Source of the DNA: Phoronis australis
Lineage: Eukaryota > Animalia > Phoronida
Direction: 5' to 3'
Assembly (NCBI GenBank): GCA_002633005.1
Contig: NMRA01000573.1
Span: forward strand, 186,001 to 250,000
Length of the DNA stretch: 64,000 nucleotides
Positions 57,501 to 64,000 of the stretch are shown here, piece by piece. The notes beneath the pieces are model-generated. The model was not told the DNA's origin. It saw only the letters and a program-made list of their open reading frames with translations, and did no database searches. The number at the start of each line of letters is the position of its first letter. Position 1 is the stretch's first letter. A program made the position numbers and the translations under genes.

Positions 57501-60500
57501 TGTCTTCTTTGACACGTCTTTGCAGAGCCTACTCTATTGAGAGTCACAACAAAGGTAATAAGGAGCACATAGGGCAACTCCATTTTTACTAGGTGGCTCT
57601 CACAAATAAAGGTCCCTCTTTTTAACAACTGAGTAATGAGTGCAAAACGTAGTTCATCAGCATGCGGGCATTAGAATCCAAAAAGATAGTAACACCAATG
57701 CAGGTATTTCTAAGTGTAGGGCCCTTTCCACACTGGTGCCACCTATAGTAAGTTTTGAGTACCTCATTGGTGTGTAATATGTGAGTGATGTATATCACAG
57801 TAGTTGAAGGTGATCAAAACTAATTAAAAGCTCATTATAGATACAAAACTCAAATCAACATGATGATGACTTTGAATGATATGCAAAGCACGAATACCAA
57901 CGCAACCTAACACATACCTAGACCGACCCAGCGGAAGAATTCTGTAAATGACAGCCAAGAATTGTTGGCAATTTTTCTGCAAAGAAGAGGACTTATTCAC
58001 TGACAACTTTTAAAAACACTTCAATAACATGGAGTATCAAAACAGAGAGACAGACAAACAGACAGACAGACTGACCAACAAGCTGTCTGACATGACTGAA
58101 CCAAAACCAAAACCAAAGCTAAGCCAACTAACTCTATCTCAAAATGTTCCTTACAATAACATGATTTTTCATTCTGAAAAACTTTGATTCCTTAATCTCA
58201 ATCACACGTTATACCCTCAATTCTAACATTGAAACTAATGCCAAGAGAACTACTGTAACACATTCAATTCCAGTTTGATGGGATTAATTATATTTGCTGG
58301 TTTCACATTCAAGCAGAATGGTAAGGACGTGACAATCTGTCATAAAACTAACAGACACTTCAAATGTTACACAAGCTCCCAATACAATAGCATAGCCAGT
58401 CACTTAACACAAACAAACTAACAGATCAAGGGCATCCCACCTCAAACATGTTACGTCCAATACGATTTGCCACTGCCACAGTCACTTACTTATAGAGTGT
58501 GGGCTGCTCTATCAACTTCTCCATTTTAATATACTGTTCAAACAGTCCGTAGATCAGTATAGGCAGCGATGTGAAGGTAATGTTGAAACAGGTCAGGAAA
58601 TAACTCTCATATAACGTCTGAAATACAACACAGCCACGTCATAGTTACCAGTGTATTGAATTGAAAAGAAAGTGATGTACTAGATAAAACAAGTCATGTT
58701 CTACTTCTATTTCATATCTTTAGACAAAGTTAAGACCGGCTGCCCTACAGAGTTGGACCACAGTCTTGTTTTGACTGAAAGTTTCCTGTTGTACATAATT
58801 TGTGTTTACAGTCAGTCAACAAATTTCCAAGGAATAACTCGAAATATCAGCATCACTTAGGGAGAAATCAGTCGACAGGTAATCCAATTATGCAACAAGT
58901 TGATTCAAATATCTAGCTCCCATGTGATCTTATGCATTCTCATCTCTTCTGACAGTATTTTGAATACCTGGCACATTTATTTTATAACACAGAGTGTAAA
59001 AAAGGCGTTATTGGAAAATTTGGTGAAATTTTTGAAAAAGAAAATAACTAAAATGGTAACAATTGTGCTAATAACCATGGAAAGAGAAATAATTAAAACA
59101 GGTCATATTGCTCCAAACACCAGTGTTGCTCCTAACACCAGTGTTGCTCCAAACACCAGTGTTGCTCCAAACACCAGTCTTGCTTCTAACAATGTGTGAC
59201 TAAATGTTGGAAAGCATGAGTCAGTAAATTTTGCCCGTTTTTGCACTATCCTTTAAAATAGTGAACAAGTTAGACCGTTGGCGGGGAATAACAAGACCAA
59301 TGCAAAGGTTAACTTACTTGAGCTGAGAACCCAGAAAATATTGCAAAGTAGATTTGTGCCGTTATGAAAGCAACATTCTGTAACGAGATTTATACATAAT
59401 GCATGAAGTATGGTGCCACAGAAACCATTGTCAACTTTCACTGGCATTACAATGGAGATTTCATAATCACCAGGTGTCCCTAATGATCAGAGGCTTCTCT
59501 TTTGAACAGCTGAAAAGACTGAGAGCGGAAAGCAGTTCATCAGCAAGGGGGTGCCTATGGGGAACTGGTCCCATGTAATCATTTGAATGCATGCATTCAT
59601 ACAGGCAGGAATGCTGCCACACTAGTGCCACCTAGTGACTTCAAGTCAATAGTGACTGAACATTAAAGTGCCGGCTTAGTGGCTTTAAAAGCTCCTTGCT
59701 TCATTGTTAAAATGAAAAATAAATTTGTTTGAAGTGGACGGGGCTGTTTCACAGCAACCAATCATGGACCATTTGCAAGTTTACAAACAATGACTTTTTT
59801 GAAAAAATCCAGGTAGAGAGCCTGAGTTGACAAAATGAGTGCTGCACTGTAGCTGCATAATTACTACAACTCACCTTATAAAAGAAGTATTGTACTAAAG
59901 TTGCTATCCTGGCATAAAAATAGTGCCCATGAACCAGCAGGGCTCTCTGTAAAAACCGGAATTTTGCAAATGCATAGTCACTGCAACGCACTGCCTGCCT
60001 CCCCTCTTTACCCATGATTCCTGCAAGTACAATGACATCATATGCACACATTATTGGCAGTTGCTACCTCACTGAAACTATTGCAAGTTAGTCAAACTTC
60101 TTGGTTGTAAACAAAGCATTGCACACAACAAACCATTTTCGTAATGCAACAAACATCAACTGTGAGCAGAAATTTTCAAATGTTTTCGCCTAAAACTCAC
60201 AGCTGAATTTTTTACTACTGCATGTAGTTCGTCTATGTCTGGCTTGAAGTTTCATAATTTCTCAGACAAATATCTCCACGCACTTTTCATCCCTTTTCCG
60301 CCATGGCTCTGACATTGACAACTAGATTTCAACAAGATCTTATAGAAGAAGTGAACACGCATTTAAGGCAGAACTCAACAAGTTTGGTAACAAGAATGAG
60401 GTGTCAAAATCAGCAAGACTTTGAGAGACTTTTCAAAAATAACTAAAATTATATAACAAGAGCACTATCACACAGTTAACAGAATGATGTACAACAACAT

Positions 60501-63500
60501 TTTAATTGTATTATGTTATCGAGAATGCGATAAGGTCATGGAGGACAAAAGTCACATCAAGCTTCATGTCACGCATTCATGGAAATCTGAGATGTCCAAA
60601 GTTTGAAAATCATACTAAATACGAGCCAAAGCTACTATTAAAAGCCTTCAATCAAAAAAGTAACTTGTGACTGACACCACATAGCATAATGAAATTGGTC
60701 TTGGCCTAGTTCTGTACTTACAGACAATTTCTAGGCTAACAAAGAACTGGAAGTTCGTTATTGCTTCTAAACCCGGGCTATGCCACAAGTATGGTCACAT
60801 GACGTGATAACCTGGCAATTATTCTAGTAACTTGAGTAAAGCTAAGAGCAATTTATTAACTGTAAAGCGATCTAAATCCAAATTCCTAGTTTCTTTGACA
60901 GAACAGCAGCTTTAATACTTCAGAGACAATAATTTTACACATAAATTTTATTGAATTATTTTTCAGCCAAAGAGCTGCTTAATTGGGTATCACTAAGTTG
61001 GTAGATGTAGCCTACCCACCTAGACCCAGGTAGATGTAGCCTACCCACCTAGACCCACATGGGCCTCCTGAATCATGGAGACATCATTAGCACCGTCCCC
61101 TATGGCTGCAGTGATTGGCTTGTCTCGCTGATGTTTAATTATCTGAACAATCTAAACACAGAAGAGAAAGCAGTGTATTAGTGAAACAAGACAAAGTTAC
61201 TGACAAGTGAAAAATGAACACAGGCGCCATCTTACTGAGTGTCCAAATGATTTTCCTCCTGGTTATGTTGAACTTGAACTTTAATTCATTATAGAATTTC
61301 AGAGTTGAATTCTGTTGTAATATCTCATTACACTGAATTTCAGAAGTGCACACGAACATACAAACTAAGCAAGTTTGAAAAAATATAAAACATAGGGTTA
61401 CTTGGTTTATAATCACGCCTCTACACAGTGAACTAATTAATCTTAATCCATACCCCATATGTCAGCCACACTCTATTTGACACCATTTTACATCAGAGAT
61501 AAGCTATTCATAGTTGGCAAACCATAACAAAGAACAAGTTACTGTCTTCCTTCTATGTGAATAACCTATCCATGTTAAAGGTCACAAGTGTCAATCATTT
61601 CCTTGGCAATCTGCATGAGCATCATTCTACAGCTGCAGAGAACACATACAGACAGTCCACAGACTCCAGCAAATACATTATTGCTTTCATTAACCCCTCC
61701 TACAGAACAAACTATCCATGTTTAGGGCCACAAGTAGTATGCGGGAGCATCATTCTTAAGCACATCACAGCTATAGGAAGCTAACAGAATCCATCAAACA
61801 TGTTATTGTGTTCATGAACACCTCACACTGAACAACATATCAATGTTAAGGGGCTCAAGTGTCAATCATTATCTAAGCCATCTTCATAACATGAGCACCA
61901 GAGCAAAGCAGCTTATAGACAGCCAGCAGACTCTATCAAACATGTTAGAAGTGTTCATTAACCCCTCCCACTGTTCAGGGCCACATGTGTCAATCATTAC
62001 CTTGGCCTTCTGAATAGGTGTCATTCTACAACAGAGAACGGCTATACATAGGCGGCAGACGCCAACAAACATTTCTGTGTGATGCTGTAGAATCACTGCC
62101 AATGTCTCACCATCCACCACAAGGCCATAGTTAGCACCATTGTTGCTGTCCTGGGTGATTCTGTCAAGGGCCAGACAAAAGGATAATAGAATGTGACGGA
62201 ATATTGTCATATTGTAACAAAGTTATGATAGACAATGTAATAACTTGCAAAAATTAGTATTATGTAATTACAATGAAAAGCTGCGAATATGATTTCCAAA
62301 GAAATAAAGTCACCAGTATATGATTGCCATCTGCAAAAACAACACAGCAACCAGAACACATTACATAATTCTCAATGTTAAGAGTGAAAACAACATTGAC
62401 TAACAAGCACTTAGCATAGTTGCAACAAAACTGCAAATGCAATGACATATCTACAACACAGTTGAAAGCAGAAGGAAAATGCCATGAAACACCATTAGCC
62501 AAACTTTCAAAACTAAAAGGTCAAGGTCCATACATTTGGCCTCACATGATTCCAAGCCAGTGCATATCAAATCCAAACTTCTAAGAAGTAAATGGTCTCG
62601 GGTACACAGTGCTGAATGCCAAATCTTCAAAGATGCTTACTTTCTTCTGAGCTGCACGAGATTTTCTGCGATCTCATTGGAGTCAGACATCTTTGTCAGA
62701 TAGAGTTCCGTCATTCCACGATAGAAGTGTCCAGCAGAGTGACTGATGTTCACCGCAGTTTCCTGCTTGTCACCCGTCAACACCCACACCTGAGAAATAA
62801 ACGTAAGCTTGTCTCCAGGCTTATAACGATGAAAAAGTAATCATTTTTGATATTGTGATTAAATTAATAAAAATCACTGTCAGAGAAAACAAGGCAACCA
62901 AATATACTGAATATGAACACAGTCTTCCAGATATTTATATTTTACATCATGATAGATTTTCTCTCCACTAAAATGCTCACCTTAATCCCAGCCTTAGATG
63001 CCCAAATAGTTTTAATCCCTGATATCCAATCCTTTATAGCATCTTACAAAACACATCCTAACTTTACACTAAATGACACAATATCTTGGGATACATCACA
63101 AGACAAAAGTAACCAGACACAATATCCTGGGATACACCAAAAGAGACAAGTAACCAGACACAATACCCTGGGATACACTACAAGAGACAAGTAACCAGAC
63201 ACAATACACTGGGATACATCACAAGACAAAAGTAACCAGACACAATATCCTGGGATATACTAAAAGAGACAAGTAACCAGACACAATACCCTGGGATACA
63301 CTACAAGAGACAAGTAACCAGACACAATACCTTGAGATACACCGCAAGACACAAGTAACCAGACGCAATATCCTGGGATACACCACAAGAGACAAGTAAC
63401 CAGACACAATATCCTGGGATACACCGCAAGACACAAGTAACCAGACACAATATCTTGACATACACCACAAGACACAAGTAACCAGTCAAAATAACGTTTC

Positions 63501-63906
63501 CCTGTCATGAAGGATAATTACACTTCTTAACAGGAAAAATGACAAATAACTATTAGGGCGGCAAAATTCTAATAATTAAATACCTTAGCCACCTTTATAC
63601 TAACTTTCCTGTTAATTCCTCTTCATTTTCGATATGGATGCATTTGGCTTCTGCCAGCCATTATGACATGGAATTCCAAATCATTTTATCTAATCTTGAA
63701 TACTTTTGGGTTCTACCGTACCTCATCTGAAACACCATTCTATAACATGTTACACTTCAATATGTCTCCACTAAAACAATCACCTTAATACCCCCAACTC
63801 TAAGTGCCTCGATAGTTTCCGGTACTCCATCTTGTAACCTATCTTCCACAGCAGTAGCGCCAAGGATGGTCACATCACGCTCGACTCGGTCATACACTCT
63901 TGACAA
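54548..63906 (-). CDS. ATP11B: P4-type ATPase phospholipid flippase, ATP11 subfamily (C-terminal half; gene continues beyond the window end)
   Basis: Phase-consistent GT-AG exons (-): 63784-63906 ([22 protein letters not shown]), 62641-62789 ([15 protein letters not shown]), 62001-62160 (LVVDG...[13 protein letters not shown]), 61049-61151 ([18 protein letters not shown]), 59875-60020 ([17 protein letters not shown]...[19 protein letters not shown]), 59318-59377 (NVAFI), 58490-58617 ([11 protein letters not shown]), 57918-57976, 56940-57019, 56189-56254, 55124-55227, 54548-54722. The ATP11 class is secure; the exact paralog label is approximate. Confidence 0.92.
55300..55560. repeat. Degenerate approximately 35-40-bp intronic tandem repeat
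   Basis: Recurring attgtggga(c/t)aggttgtagccatg(c/t)c(c/a)ac(a)a. Confidence 0.6.
59108..59191. repeat. 18-bp minisatellite, about 4.5 copies
   Basis: ttgctccaaacaccagtg repeated. Confidence 0.9.
61000..61057. repeat. 29-bp perfect tandem duplication spanning an ATP11 exon-intron donor junction
   Basis: ggtagatgtagcctacccacctagaccca at 61000-61028 and 61029-61057. Confidence 0.9.
63075..63485. repeat. About 41-bp intronic minisatellite, about 10 copies
   Basis: Consensus gacacaata(t/c)cctgggatacac(c/t)acaagagacaagtaacca. Confidence 0.95.
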
Positions 63907-64000
63907 CTGCAATGACAAGGTACACTAACTATACGCTAGAGTTTGTAAGGACATACATTTACAAAGGACCAGTTTGAAAGACACTGTGTACTAACAACAA

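Noticed and set aside
63075-63485. 41-bp repeats as a CRISPR array, or as coding Cys/Val-rich ORFs (63044-63508)
   Set aside because: No spacers; the array lies inside an ATP11 intron, and the ORFs in several frames are by-products of the minisatellite.

Overview
Intron-rich, AT-rich eukaryotic (invertebrate-animal-like) genomic DNA; the species cannot be determined from the sequence. Single-N scaffold joins sit at 443 and 18057, each flanked by duplicated sequence. There are three protein-coding loci. (1) A 7.2-kb uninterrupted ORF (8671-15846, +, 2391 aa) built like an AB/polymorphic toxin: hydrophobic N-terminal leader, furin-site-rich pro-region, about 11 QxW ricin-B-like beta-trefoil repeats, a hydrophobic/amphipathic helical region, a Cys-RRVRR-Cys loop resembling the diphtheria-toxin furin loop, and a C-terminal AID/APOBEC/SNAD-like zinc deaminase domain (HVE...SPC...C). 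A second, 5'-truncated version (18058-20856) is about 99% identical in the lectin and hydrophobic-helix part but only about 60% identical in the deaminase tip; it is either a highly divergent allele or a tandem paralog. (2) An 11-coding-exon, about 720-aa uncharacterised coiled-coil gene (+, 27680-37017) ending in a capping-protein-interaction-like motif. (3) The 3' half of an ATP11-like P4-ATPase flippase (-, 12 confident exons 54548-63906, terminal exon uncertain). Also present are an internally deleted Sola3-type DNA transposon, a decayed non-LTR retrotransposon fragment, several MITEs, SINE-like heads and minisatellites. All alignments, exon phases and identities were worked out by eye; no database searches were run.
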